Made by a program: the position numbers and the translations under genes
Part shown: positions 1 through 8,526 of the stretch, piece after piece
How the letters are laid out: each line of letters opens with the position of its first letter
Position numbering within the stretch: position 1 is the first letter of the stretch
Assembly: GCA_002684655.1 (NCBI GenBank)
Contig: NYVR01000022.1
Coordinates: 30,175 to 94,174 of the forward strand
From: Planctomycetota bacterium
GTDB lineage: Bacteria > Planctomycetota > UBA1135 > UBA2386
Direction: 5' to 3'
Length of the DNA stretch: 64,000 bases
The notes under the pieces: model-generated
What the model saw: only the letters and a program-made list of their open reading frames with translations
Told to the model about the DNA's origin: nothing
The model's database searches: none

Positions 1-1309
1 TGCTCTGGAGCGCTCCGAGTAGCTTCTGCTCGTCGTTGACCTTGAGCAGGAAGGCCATCTCTGGCGCCGCGCTGATCGTGCCCATGGGCATGGACCAGGT
101 GATGTAGTGGTCACCCATCGCGCCGAACAGGTCCTTGCGGATCGAGAAGCCGATCTGCTCCTCCATCATCGCGAGCTGGCCGAGCATCATTTGCGCCATG
201 TCCGCGTCGTAGGCCTGCATGCCCTTGACGATGGTGTCGTAGATCCACGCGACGTCCATCGAGCCGGCGCTGAACGAGACGGCGTCCTTCGGAACCCAGC
301 GCAGGAACTTGGTGTCGACAACCTTGCTCGCGGACGTGGTCGTTCCGGCTGCGTTGGCGTAGGCGTGGCGGGCGCGCGACACGGCTTTGCCGTTCTCATA
401 GCCCATCGAAATGCCGAAGGTGCCGACGTCGCTCATGCCCATGGCCTTCATCGCGCGTTGGACGCCGTCGAAGTCGAGCATGTCTGCGTCGAAGTCGACT
501 TCGCCGCCTTCCAACGGAATCGACGGGCCCTGCTCCATCATCATCTTCATCGTGTTCATGAAGAAGTCGATGCCGAAGTCGGGGGCCATGTACATCCGCA
601 CTGCAGCGTCCGCGGAGCCCTTCGTCGCGGCTGAGAAGCCCGGGGTCTGGGTCAGCGCCGGGGTCTTGTTGATCCAGTTGTTGAGGACCGCCTTGACCTC
701 ATCGGTGATGGTGCCGATCACGACGCCGTTGGGGACGTTCGCGACGTTGATCGACATGTCGGGCGCGCCCACGATGGACGGGGTCAGCGTCTGAAGGCGG
801 AGGTCGCCGATCATCGTCTCGCTCAGCTCAACCGGCGCCTCCTGCTGCAGCGCGCCCAGGCCCATCTGGAGGATGGGGTAGATCATTTCAGCGGCGTCCC
901 CGAAGTCGAGGTGGATCATGGTGCCGACGCGCGGCATCGGTCCGAAGTCGCCCTCTGTCATCGCTACGCTGGTCACGGCGAGCGTGAAGCCTTCAAGCCC
1001 AAGCTCCGAGAGCTTGTCGGGGTCGAACGGCAGCATGCCGGCGTCGTACATCTCGCGCATTTGGCCGAGACCTTCTTCCCCCTGTTCGGTGAACATCTCG
1101 ACGAGGTCGCCGACGAACGCCTGGACCTCTTCTTCGGCCCACATCTTGGCGAGCGGCGTCTGCTGCATCTCGGAGATCGCGGCCGACAGCTTGGGCGCGG
1201 ACATCGCCATCAAGGTCTGTTTGGGCAGGTAAGGGAGCATGCCCTGGGCTGCCAGGGGCGCGGTGACCGCGATGAGCGCGGTAAGAGAACGTAGGGAGAA
1301 CAGTTTCAT
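1..1309 (-). CDS. Secreted methionine-rich hypothetical protein; its C-terminus lies beyond the left window edge
   Basis: Absent from the ORF track. Reverse-complement reading from the ATG at 1309-1307 (MKLFSLRSLTALIAVTAPLAAQG..., signal-peptide-like) stays open in one frame for 436 codons down to position 2. Third positions are G/C-rich. The plus-strand ORFs listed here look like shadow ORFs. Confidence 0.6.
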   Translation of the reverse strand, partial: MKLFSLRSLTALIAVTAPLAAQGMLPYLPKQTLMAMSAPKLSAAISEMQQTPLAKMWAEEEVQAFVGDLVEMFTEQGEEGLGQMREMYDAGMLPFDPDKLSELGLEGFTLAVTSVAMTEGDFGPMPRVGTMIHLDFGDAAEMIYPILQMGLGALQQEAPVELSETMIGDLRLQTLTPSIVGAPDMSINVANVPNGVVIGTITDEVKAVLNNWINKTPALTQTPGFSAATKGSADAAVRMYMAPDFGIDFFMNTMKMMMEQGPSIPLEGGEVDFDADMLDFDGVQRAMKAMGMSDVGTFGISMGYENGKAVSRARHAYANAAGTTTSASKVVDTKFLRWVPKDAVSFSAGSMDVAWIYDTIVKGMQAYDADMAQMMLGQLAMMEEQIGFSIRKDLFGAMGDHYITWSMPMGTISAAPEMAFLLKVNDEQKLLGALQS

Positions 1310-1445
1310 GGGTTGGATTCTGCGTGGTGTTTGGCGGGCTCGCGGCTGGGCTCGCCTGCGTTTAGTGGACGATCGCGCGGGGTATCCTGTCGCGGCGTCG
1401 GCCGAGGCCTGGGCGATTTATCTCTAAAGTTATTTATGACAGATG

Positions 1446-2807
1446 CTAAGGCGCCTTCGCGATCAGCTTGTTCAGGGAGTCGATGACGCCGCTCTTCTTG
1501 GCATCCAGGAGCTTCTCGAACGCCGTCAGCGCTTTGCCGGCGCTGCCTTTGCCGTCGGCCGACAGCGCGTTGGTGACGCCCATGAGGGCCTCGGTCGCCT
1601 CCTGATCGCCTCCTCGCATGCCGTAGGCGAGCATCAGGCCAGCCTGAAACAGGTTGAAGTCGATCTCCTTCGTGCTGAGGTCGGCGCTGAGGTCGTAGTT
1701 GCTGAACCAGGACTTGATCGGGCCGACGCCGCCTTTGGCCATGTGTTGCTTGCCGAACCAGCCGGCGTCCCGGTCGTTCTCGAACCGTGAAGCCAGCGTC
1801 CCGCAGCCGTGCACGAACCAAAGCGGTACGTCCGCGCCCGCTTCGCTCGCGACCGCGTTGACGTAGGCGATGGCGGCGGCGTGGCGCAGGTAGCGCGTGC
1901 CCCAGTCTTTGTCGTTGTTGCAGATCGCTGGTCGCACGGCACCTTGATCGGGGAGGCGCATCTCGGCGTCGTCGCGGATCAGGAAGGCGCCCACCACGTC
2001 GGTGCCGTCGCCGAGGTTTGTGCCATACTCGACATACTCCGCGCGCGTCTTGGCCACGACCAGCACCGGTCGCAGCGCCGGCGGCAGCTCCCGCCCGCCG
2101 AACAGCGGCATCACGGTCTCTTGGCCCTGGTCGGCGAACCGCTTGATCTCCTCGATCTTGTCGAGCGGCAGCGTGCTGATGATGGTCGCGTAGCTGGTCC
2201 TCACCATCCAAGGCGTCCGGACGTTGCTGTGGAACGCGTCGGCCTCCGCTTTGTCGCCCCACTTGCCGCCGCTGAGCGGGAAGTAGCCGTTCTCGGCCTT
2301 CTGCAACTCATCCTTCTCGATGAACTGGCCGGTGACCGGGTGACGGACCTTGCCGTTCTGGTAGGCGACCTTTTGGTCGCGGGTCACCTTCTCCCCGTCG
2401 TGCCAGAACGTGCCGCCGCGGGCGTCCTTGACCTTTGCGGGTTCGACCCAGATGCCGTCGATTTTCTTGTAGCCCTTGGCCGTGTATTCCGCTTCGAGCG
2501 CCTTTTCGCGGAGCTTCTTCGCCTGCTTCGCGGGCATCCAAACGCCGTCTAGCCGTTCGTTGCCTAGCGCGACGTTGGCCTCCTCGTGGTCCTTCGCGAA
2601 CTTGAGAACCCGCTGCCAGATGCGCTTGGCGTCCTTATCAAGGCCGTTGTCTTTGGCCCACTTGCCCGCCTCAAAGAGCTGGTCCGGGTCTTTCTTCGCG
2701 GCCCGCTCCATGCTCTTGAGCTCCTTCTTCAGCTTGGACTTGCTCTGGGCAGCCGCTGGGGCTGCGAGCAACGCGAGGAGGACGGGGACGGCGGTGGAGA
2801 GCTTCAT
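1446..2807 (-). CDS. Secreted hypothetical protein (453 aa)
   Basis: N-terminal signal peptide MKLSTAVPVLLALLAAPAAAQ. The composition is non-repetitive and globular-looking. ATG at 2807. I recognise no catalytic motif. Confidence 0.7.
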   Translation of the reverse strand: MKLSTAVPVLLALLAAPAAAQSKSKLKKELKSMERAAKKDPDQLFEAGKWAKDNGLDKDAKRIWQRVLKFAKDHEEANVALGNERLDGVWMPAKQAKKLREKALEAEYTAKGYKKIDGIWVEPAKVKDARGGTFWHDGEKVTRDQKVAYQNGKVRHPVTGQFIEKDELQKAENGYFPLSGGKWGDKAEADAFHSNVRTPWMVRTSYATIISTLPLDKIEEIKRFADQGQETVMPLFGGRELPPALRPVLVVAKTRAEYVEYGTNLGDGTDVVGAFLIRDDAEMRLPDQGAVRPAICNNDKDWGTRYLRHAAAIAYVNAVASEAGADVPLWFVHGCGTLASRFENDRDAGWFGKQHMAKGGVGPIKSWFSNYDLSADLSTKEIDFNLFQAGLMLAYGMRGGDQEATEALMGVTNALSADGKGSAGKALTAFEKLLDAKKSGVIDSLNKLIAKAP

Positions 2808-2855
2808 CGTGATAGCGGAGTTGGAGGGCGCGTACTTCGGCGCGCCGCGTTCGGC

Positions 2856-3473
2856 TCAGTAGTCATTCTTACGCCTTCGGCGTCCGGGTGTGAACTTGCT
2901 CCACGATTCCATGCGTTGGCTCGGCCGTAAGTTGAGGAACGGCGTCCAGCGAGGCCGCTCGGGAGCCCGACGCAGCCGGAGGCCGGCCTCTCTGGGCGTA
3001 AGGTCCGCTTTGCGCGCGTTGCAGCCCACGCACGCGAGCACGCAGTTCTCCCAGTTGGTCGAGCCGCCGCGCGACTTCGGCTGCACGTGGTCGACGCTCA
3101 AGAGGCTGGCAGTAGCGCGCTTGCCGCAGTATTGGCAGGTGTAGTCGTCGCGGAGGAACAGGTTCTGCCGCGTAAAGGGCGCCTCGTGGCGCGGCAAGCG
3201 GTTGTAGCGACACAGCAAGATGACCTCGGGGACGACGACCTGGACGCCTGGCGTGCGGATCGTCGCAGCGCCGGGCAGGGCCGGCTGCTCGATCCAGTCG
3301 ACGAAGTCGAAGGTGGCCAGCGTCTCCGGACAGATGATCCTCGCCGAGCCACGATAGACGCTGCAGAGGGCGCGCCGGACCGTCGTCACATGCACCGGTT
3401 GCCAGGAGCGGTTGAGCACCAGCGTGGCTCGCTCCAGTAAATCGGCCCTCCGAACGTTCTCCGCGGCTTGCAT
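2856..3473 (-). CDS. HNH endonuclease family protein
   Basis: HNH/zinc-finger core CQYCGKRATASLLSVDHVQPKSRGGSTNWENCVLACVGCNARK. The likely start is the internal ATG at 3473 (MQAAENVRRADLLERATLVLNRSWQP...). The upstream part of the 272-aa ORF is Arg/Pro-rich and looks non-coding. Confidence 0.8.
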   Translation of the reverse strand: MQAAENVRRADLLERATLVLNRSWQPVHVTTVRRALCSVYRGSARIICPETLATFDFVDWIEQPALPGAATIRTPGVQVVVPEVILLCRYNRLPRHEAPFTRQNLFLRDDYTCQYCGKRATASLLSVDHVQPKSRGGSTNWENCVLACVGCNARKADLTPREAGLRLRRAPERPRWTPFLNLRPSQRMESWSKFTPGRRRRKNDY

Positions 3474-3701
3474 CCGTAACTCCAACGGCCGGCCGAGAAC
3501 CGGCGAATCCCCGAGTCTAGGACGCACGGAAGGGTCGCGAAAGCCTCCCCGTGGGCGGTATCCTGCTGGCTGGGTCGTTGCGGGGGGAACACGCGTTCCC
3601 CGTCGTTGCCTGTCCGCGCGGGCGTCGATAGACTCCTCGGCCCTCCAAACGTCGAATGCGGTGGCGCGCCGCAATGTAATCCGCAGAACGAGGGATCTCC
3701 G

Positions 3702-4121
3702 ATGACCAAGAAGACGACTTTGATTGCCGTGCTAGCGCTCTGTGGCGCGTTGTCGCAATCGTGCCAGATGAGCCCGAATGAGCCTCCAGGGGTCGATTCG
3801 AAGCAGTTCCAGGATTACGTGGTTCCCTCTGGCTTCCGCCTGAAGGATCGCAAGCACGAGAGCTACGCGCGCGAGGTCGCCTCCTGGCGGCACGGCCACT
3901 ACGTCTACTCTGGCAGCAGCAAAGTCGCGGCGGCGGCTTCGTACGTCGAAGCTAACATGGGCCGCCACAGCTGGCGCCTCGTCACCAATGAGGAAGTCGA
4001 CGAGAAGAGCAAGCGTCTCCAGTTCGAGCGCGGTATCTACACGACGGACTACTTGATCCAGCGTGACGGCAACGTCACCCGCATAACGGTCGACTACAAG
4101 ACCGACTACACCCGACTCTGA
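3702..4121 (+). CDS. Putative lipoprotein, hypothetical
   Basis: ATG at 3702 preceded by gaggga. MTKKTTLIAVLALCGALSQSC is a signal peptide with a lipobox-like Cys. Confidence 0.6.
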   Translation: MTKKTTLIAVLALCGALSQSCQMSPNEPPGVDSKQFQDYVVPSGFRLKDRKHESYAREVASWRHGHYVYSGSSKVAAAASYVEANMGRHSWRLVTNEEVDEKSKRLQFERGIYTTDYLIQRDGNVTRITVDYKTDYTRL

Positions 4122-4189
4122 TCGCTGTCTCCGGCTGCGCGGCTTCAAGCCGGGTGCCCGCCTTCGATCTCCTGTCTTCAAATCGAATC

Positions 4190-5326
4190 ATGTCTGCCAC
4201 TCCCCCTTCGAACCTGGAAGGAACCCAGTCCCCGAGCCCTTTCGAGGTCCTTTGGGACCGCTATAAGTCGCTCATCGTCATCGTGGTGGGCGCCGTCGTG
4301 CTCGCGCTGGTTGGCCAATACGCTATGCGGCGCATGGACCAGCAGGCGACCGATGAAAAATGGTCCAAATTCAGCGCAAGCATAGGCCTGGAAGGGGTTT
4401 ACACTGATTCCTCCAAGGCAAACGAGCCGGTAAACGAGACCCTCGACGGCATGGAGTGGTCGACGCTGGAGGGCGGCCTCGCCAGCGCAGACAACGCCCA
4501 GAAGCCATACTTCCACCTCGCGATGGCGCGCAAGGCCATGATCGACGAGGACTGGGAGCGTGCGGAGGCTGAGCTCGCCAAGTTGGAGAGCGGCTTCGCT
4601 GGCCACCCGTTGGTCACCGAGTCCAAGGCTCCCATCCAGAGCCGTGACCGCAAAGAAGCCGAGGAAGACGAGCAGCAGGACAAGCTAGAGTTCGAACCTG
4701 CAAAGCAAGGCAGCGTCGTCTCGCTCATGCGCGAGCAGATTGCGTCGGCGAAGCAGTTTCAGCGGCCCGCTGGCTTCGAGAAGCCAGAGATCCCAGCAGA
4801 CGCCAAGAAGGTCAAGCTGACCTTCGGTGACTACGGCAGCGCCACCTTCGCCATGATGCCGCAGGCCCCAGCGCACGCGGCCAAGTTCCTCGAGCTTGCG
4901 CAGCAGGATGGCGGATTTTGGAATGGACTCGCCGTGGACGAGATCCGGCGCGGGACCGAGCGTTTCAAGCTGCCCTACTCGCTGCACTTTGGCTACGCGT
5001 CGACCAAGGAAGACGACCGAACCAAGTGGACCACGACCGAGCCCAGCGAGCATCAGGTGGAATGGGAGCAATCGGGACTGAGCCACTTCGAAGGCGCGAT
5101 CTCTGCGCGCCCCGAGGCAGACGGCAAGTCCTGCGCAGATCGGATCTGGGTTCACGTCGACGACGACGCGATGCAGGATGGCAGCCGCGTGGTCTTTGGC
5201 TACGTCATCGATGGTATGGACGTTTTGCGTTCGATCTGCGAAGCGGGCATGTCTGCTGAGGACGAAGACACCGGCTTCGGAAAGCCTTCGGAGAACATCC
5301 GCATCACGAGCGTCGAGGTTCTCTGA
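4190..5326 (+). CDS. Membrane-anchored protein with a C-terminal cyclophilin-like (PPIase-like, possibly degenerate) domain
   Basis: N-terminal TM segment LIVIVVGAVVLALVGQYAM. The C-terminal segment VKLTFGDYGSATFAMMPQAPAHAAKFLELAQQDGGFWNGLAVDEI...VVFGYVIDGMDVLRSI follows the cyclophilin pattern, but the FHRVI core is not conserved. The start could be 4154 (GTG) or 4190 (ATG). Confidence 0.55.
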   Translation: MSATPPSNLEGTQSPSPFEVLWDRYKSLIVIVVGAVVLALVGQYAMRRMDQQATDEKWSKFSASIGLEGVYTDSSKANEPVNETLDGMEWSTLEGGLASADNAQKPYFHLAMARKAMIDEDWERAEAELAKLESGFAGHPLVTESKAPIQSRDRKEAEEDEQQDKLEFEPAKQGSVVSLMREQIASAKQFQRPAGFEKPEIPADAKKVKLTFGDYGSATFAMMPQAPAHAAKFLELAQQDGGFWNGLAVDEIRRGTERFKLPYSLHFGYASTKEDDRTKWTTTEPSEHQVEWEQSGLSHFEGAISARPEADGKSCADRIWVHVDDDAMQDGSRVVFGYVIDGMDVLRSICEAGMSAEDEDTGFGKPSENIRITSVEVL

Positions 5327-5333
5327 GCGCTCG

Positions 5334-5391
5334 CCGAGCCCGTCGCTGAGGCGCGCGGGCTCGGGTTGCGGCCGTCGTTTGACGAGGCCGC
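5334..5391. terminator. Two GC-rich hairpins in the convergent gap between the PPIase-like gene and parB
   Basis: CCGAGCCCG (5334-5342) pairs with CGGGCTCGG (5356-5364). GCGGCC (5368-5373) pairs with GGCCGC (5386-5391). There is no clear U-tract, so function as a terminator is tentative. Confidence 0.3.
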
Positions 5392-5413
5392 AGCCGGCGC
5401 ATTGATCGCCGGA

Positions 5414-6358
5414 TCAGGCTTTCTTGAGCCTGTCGAAGACGCGCTCGAACTCTTCGCGGCCCGCGCATTCGATCACGATTTGGCTGCGCTTGCGCCCGTA
5501 TTTGATGACTACGGGCGTGCTCAGCGTCTCGACCAGGTTCTCCTCCAGCTCGTTGAGCCACACCGGGCGGTCGGCCTTTGTCTTGGCCTTCCCCTTCGTC
5601 TCGAGGCTCTGGCTCTTGCCCTTGGAGCCTTCGAGCATGTCTTTGACGAGCGACTCAAGGGCGCGCACAGACAGGTTCTGTTTGATGCTCGCGTCGGCTG
5701 TGATCTCCATGGTCTCGTGGTCTGGCAGCGCTAAGAGGCAGCGGGCGTGGCCCATCGACAGTGTTCCACGTGAAACATGCGCTTGGACGGACGCAGGAAG
5801 TTCGAGCAGGCGCAAGAAGTTGGCGACCGTCGAACGCTCGAAGCCGACTTGCTTGGCGACCTGCGCCTGCGTCGCCTTGAGCTCATCCATCAGCAGCTTG
5901 ATGCCCTGCGCCTTCTCGATGGCGTTGAGGTCTTCGCGCTGCAAGTTCTCAACGAGGGCAAAGACAGCGCTCTCGTTGTCCGTCAGCTCCCGACAGAGGA
6001 CCGGGACCTTGGTGAGCCCGGCGAGCTTGGCTGCACGCCACCGGCGTTCGCCGGCGACGATTTGAAAGCGATCCCCTGCCCGCCTAGCCAGGATAGGCTG
6101 GAGGATGCCGCTCTCACGGATGGACTCCGCGAGGGTTTTGAGCTCGCCTTCCTCCATTTCCTTTCGAGGTTGGTATGGGTTTGGCTCTAGCTGATCCAGC
6201 GCCACCGTTTGGACCCGCTCTCCAGCGGCGGCGGCTGCCAGTGGCTCCGGCTGTTTGGTGGGTGAGCCCGAAGCTTTGGGCGTGCTGGGTTCGGCTTCCT
6301 GCTTGCGGGAGCCAGACAAAAAGAAGTCGAGACCTCGACCTAGACGACGATCAACCAT
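5414..6358 (-). CDS. parB: Chromosome partitioning protein ParB
   Basis: MVDRRLGRGLDFF... is a canonical ParB N-terminus. Other matches are LDQLEPNPYQPRK, GILQPILAR, IVAGERRWRAAKLAG and an HTH region. The ATG at 6358 overlaps the parA stop by 8 nt (ATGGTTGA). Confidence 0.9.
   Translation of the reverse strand: MVDRRLGRGLDFFLSGSRKQEAEPSTPKASGSPTKQPEPLAAAAAGERVQTVALDQLEPNPYQPRKEMEEGELKTLAESIRESGILQPILARRAGDRFQIVAGERRWRAAKLAGLTKVPVLCRELTDNESAVFALVENLQREDLNAIEKAQGIKLLMDELKATQAQVAKQVGFERSTVANFLRLLELPASVQAHVSRGTLSMGHARCLLALPDHETMEITADASIKQNLSVRALESLVKDMLEGSKGKSQSLETKGKAKTKADRPVWLNELEENLVETLSTPVVIKYGRKRSQIVIECAGREEFERVFDRLKKA
5762..5777. other. parS: parS centromere-like site inside parB
   Basis: TGTTCCACGTGAAACA matches the consensus TGTTTCACGTGAAACA at 15 of 16 positions. 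Confidence 0.8.
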
Positions 6359-7064
6359 GCATGATCTCCTGTACGAGCTCGGTATAGCAAAGAGCTCCTT
6401 TGGACCAGGGACTGTGTGAGAAGACGGACTGACCGTGACTCGCGGCCTCGACGAGGCTGGAGTCGCGGAAGATGACGGAGTTGAGGAGGGTCGCGCCCAG
6501 GTTCTGACGAAGATCAACGAGCACCTCGGACGCGATCTCTTCCCGGGCATGGACCATGGTCGGCAGGACCCCTCGCAGCTGGCCTTTGCCCGGGAATCGT
6601 TGGCTCGCTTCCTCCAACGAGGCCATCATCTGGGAGAGGCCGTGCATGGAGAAGAACTCGGCTTGGACGGGGACGATCACCTCATCGCACAGCTGGACGC
6701 CAGCCCAGCCCCAGTCGTCCATTCTCGGCGGGGAATCGACGACCATGACGTCGATCTCCTTCTCGAGGCCGCGCACGACCGCGTGCAGGCGCTCGGTGTC
6801 GAGCTTGGCTTCAGAATCTGCCGTGACGCTGCCCGCAGAAGGCAAGAGCCACAATCGCTCCGCGATGGCTGTCATCGAAGCGTGCGGAGGCTCTACTTCC
6901 CCGTCGGCTTGCATGCCTTGGACGGCGACGGTGGCGTTGCCTTGGGGGTCGAGGTCGACCAGCAGCACGCGTTGGCCGGCTATCGCGAAGCCGTGCGCGA
7001 GGTGGATCGCCGTCGTGGTTTTGCCGACGCCGCCCTTCTGATTCGCCAAGACGATGGAGCGCAA
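6351..7064 (-). CDS. parA: Chromosome partitioning ATPase ParA/Soj
   Basis: Deviant Walker A motif NQKGGVGKTTTAIHLA immediately after the start. The start codon is TTG at 7064. The gene is coupled to parB. Confidence 0.9.
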   Translation of the reverse strand: MRSIVLANQKGGVGKTTTAIHLAHGFAIAGQRVLLVDLDPQGNATVAVQGMQADGEVEPPHASMTAIAERLWLLPSAGSVTADSEAKLDTERLHAVVRGLEKEIDVMVVDSPPRMDDWGWAGVQLCDEVIVPVQAEFFSMHGLSQMMASLEEASQRFPGKGQLRGVLPTMVHAREEIASEVLVDLRQNLGATLLNSVIFRDSSLVEAASHGQSVFSHSPWSKGALCYTELVQEIMHG

Positions 7065-7193
7065 AGTTGCCTAATGAATGCGGCAGCAAACGAAGCTGCC
7101 ATGGGCGCTGATTGTGCGCGCTCGGTCATTCTGAATCCAGGACTTGCCCTCGTGACTTACGCAGAGGATAAATCCCAGGCTCTGATTGGCCTC

Positions 7194-7769
7194 ATGCAAC
7201 GCCGACTGCGCATCATCCGATACATGTTCACGGCGCGGATACGGGCCGCCGGTTGGGCGCCGTGGCTCATTCTGGCTGGTTGGCTGATCTTCGCGGTCGC
7301 GCAAGAACCCCGCATGCTGCGCCGGTTCGGCATCCACATTGTCGAGGACGCAGCCTGGGTCGGTGGCTTGCTCATAGCGGCGATCCTTTTGCTCGCGCAG
7401 AATAAAGTCCCGGCGGTTGGAGCAGCGTGGGCGAACCTGGTCACGCTGGCCGTCGTGTCGCTGGCCGTGATGATGTCGTGCCGGGTCCTGGATCAAGGGC
7501 CTTGGTCCGCGACCCTCGTCGACCGGCTGGCCGATGCCGCAGCCTTTTTCGCGGCCTGGGCTCCCAGCTCCGTGTGCCTCGCGAGAGGTTCGAGCAGATC
7601 TTCGCGAGGGAAGCTCGTATCGTGCGTTGTCGTGTTCATCTCGCTGGTCGTCGGCGGCATGCTGTCCGTCGCCTTACGAGAGGGCGCTACACGGGCAGCG
7701 TGGTCCGCTGCGGCCCTCGCGCTGTTGGCCGCGGCGCTCTGGACCCAACCTCAAAATACACGTAAATAG
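7194..7769 (+). CDS. Hypothetical multi-pass membrane protein
   Basis: Only the 3' part of listed ORF 6435..7769 lies outside parA. From the ATG at 7194 it has about 5 hydrophobic segments (WLILAGWLIFAVA, WVGGLLIAAILLLA, LVTLAVVSLAVMM, VVVFISLVVGGML, ALALLAAAL) and G/C-rich third positions. The start is uncertain. Confidence 0.45.
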   Translation: MQRRLRIIRYMFTARIRAAGWAPWLILAGWLIFAVAQEPRMLRRFGIHIVEDAAWVGGLLIAAILLLAQNKVPAVGAAWANLVTLAVVSLAVMMSCRVLDQGPWSATLVDRLADAAAFFAAWAPSSVCLARGSSRSSRGKLVSCVVVFISLVVGGMLSVALREGATRAAWSAAALALLAAALWTQPQNTRK

Positions 7770-7778
7770 CTGTCAATA

Positions 7779-8519
7779 ATGAAGATAGCGATACTTGGAG
7801 ACATCCACGCAAACCTCGACGCGCTCTTGACCGTCGTCGAGGTGTTGCAGCGCGAAAACGTCGACGCTTGGGTCCAGGTTGGCGACATCGTCGGGTATGG
7901 GCCTGAGCCCTCGGCCTGTATCGACGTGGTGCGTGAGCTCGGCTGCGTCACGTGCCTGGGCAATCACGACGCGGCGGTCCTCGGCCGGCTCGACACGTCC
8001 TACTTCAACACGGTCGCGCGCGCGGCTGTGCACTGGACCGCGCCGCAGCTTCGGCCTGCCGACCGCGAGTTCCTCAATGAGCTGCAGCTCGTGGTCCAGC
8101 GTGATGAGTTCACGGCGGTGCACGGCACGCTGCACATGCCCGAGAAGTTCGGCTACGTGCTGAGCGTCGTCGAGGCTTTGGAGTCGTTCGAGCACCAACA
8201 GACCCCGCTCTGCTTCGTTGGGCATTCCCACGTTCCCGCCATGTATCTGCGGCGCGAGGAGAGCCCGCGCGACATCCATGTCGTGCCGCACTCGGAGGCG
8301 GAGATCAGCTACCGCGGCTTCGACAGGTTGTTGATGAATGTCGGCAGCGTCGGTCAGCCGCGCGACGAAGATCCTCGCGCGGCCTACGGCATCGTGGATA
8401 CGGATCTACAGATCGCCAGCATCCGGCGCGTGCACTACGACATCGAGAGCGTCCAGCACAAGATTCGCGAGGCGGGCCTACCAGAGGTGCTTGCCAACCG
8501 GCTGGCGCTCGGGGTCTGA
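7779..8519 (+). CDS. Metallophosphoesterase family protein
   Basis: Matches MKIAILGDIHAN, VQVGDIVGYGP, LGNHD and GHSH, the calcineurin-like phosphoesterase motifs. Confidence 0.85.
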   Translation: MKIAILGDIHANLDALLTVVEVLQRENVDAWVQVGDIVGYGPEPSACIDVVRELGCVTCLGNHDAAVLGRLDTSYFNTVARAAVHWTAPQLRPADREFLNELQLVVQRDEFTAVHGTLHMPEKFGYVLSVVEALESFEHQQTPLCFVGHSHVPAMYLRREESPRDIHVVPHSEAEISYRGFDRLLMNVGSVGQPRDEDPRAAYGIVDTDLQIASIRRVHYDIESVQHKIREAGLPEVLANRLALGV

Positions 8520-8526
8520 TCTCAGC

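Noticed and set aside
6435-7193. The N-terminal 250 codons of the listed 444-aa plus-strand ORF, which overlap parA.
   Set aside because: This part is antisense to a well-supported parA gene and shows no protein-like features. Only the 3' portion beyond parA (from about 7194) looks like a genuine membrane protein.
7065-7193. oriC or a DnaA-box cluster next to parAB.
   Set aside because: Only one weak partial match to TTATCCACA (aGAGGATAA) is seen. There is no AT-rich unwinding element and no dnaA or dnaN gene in the window.
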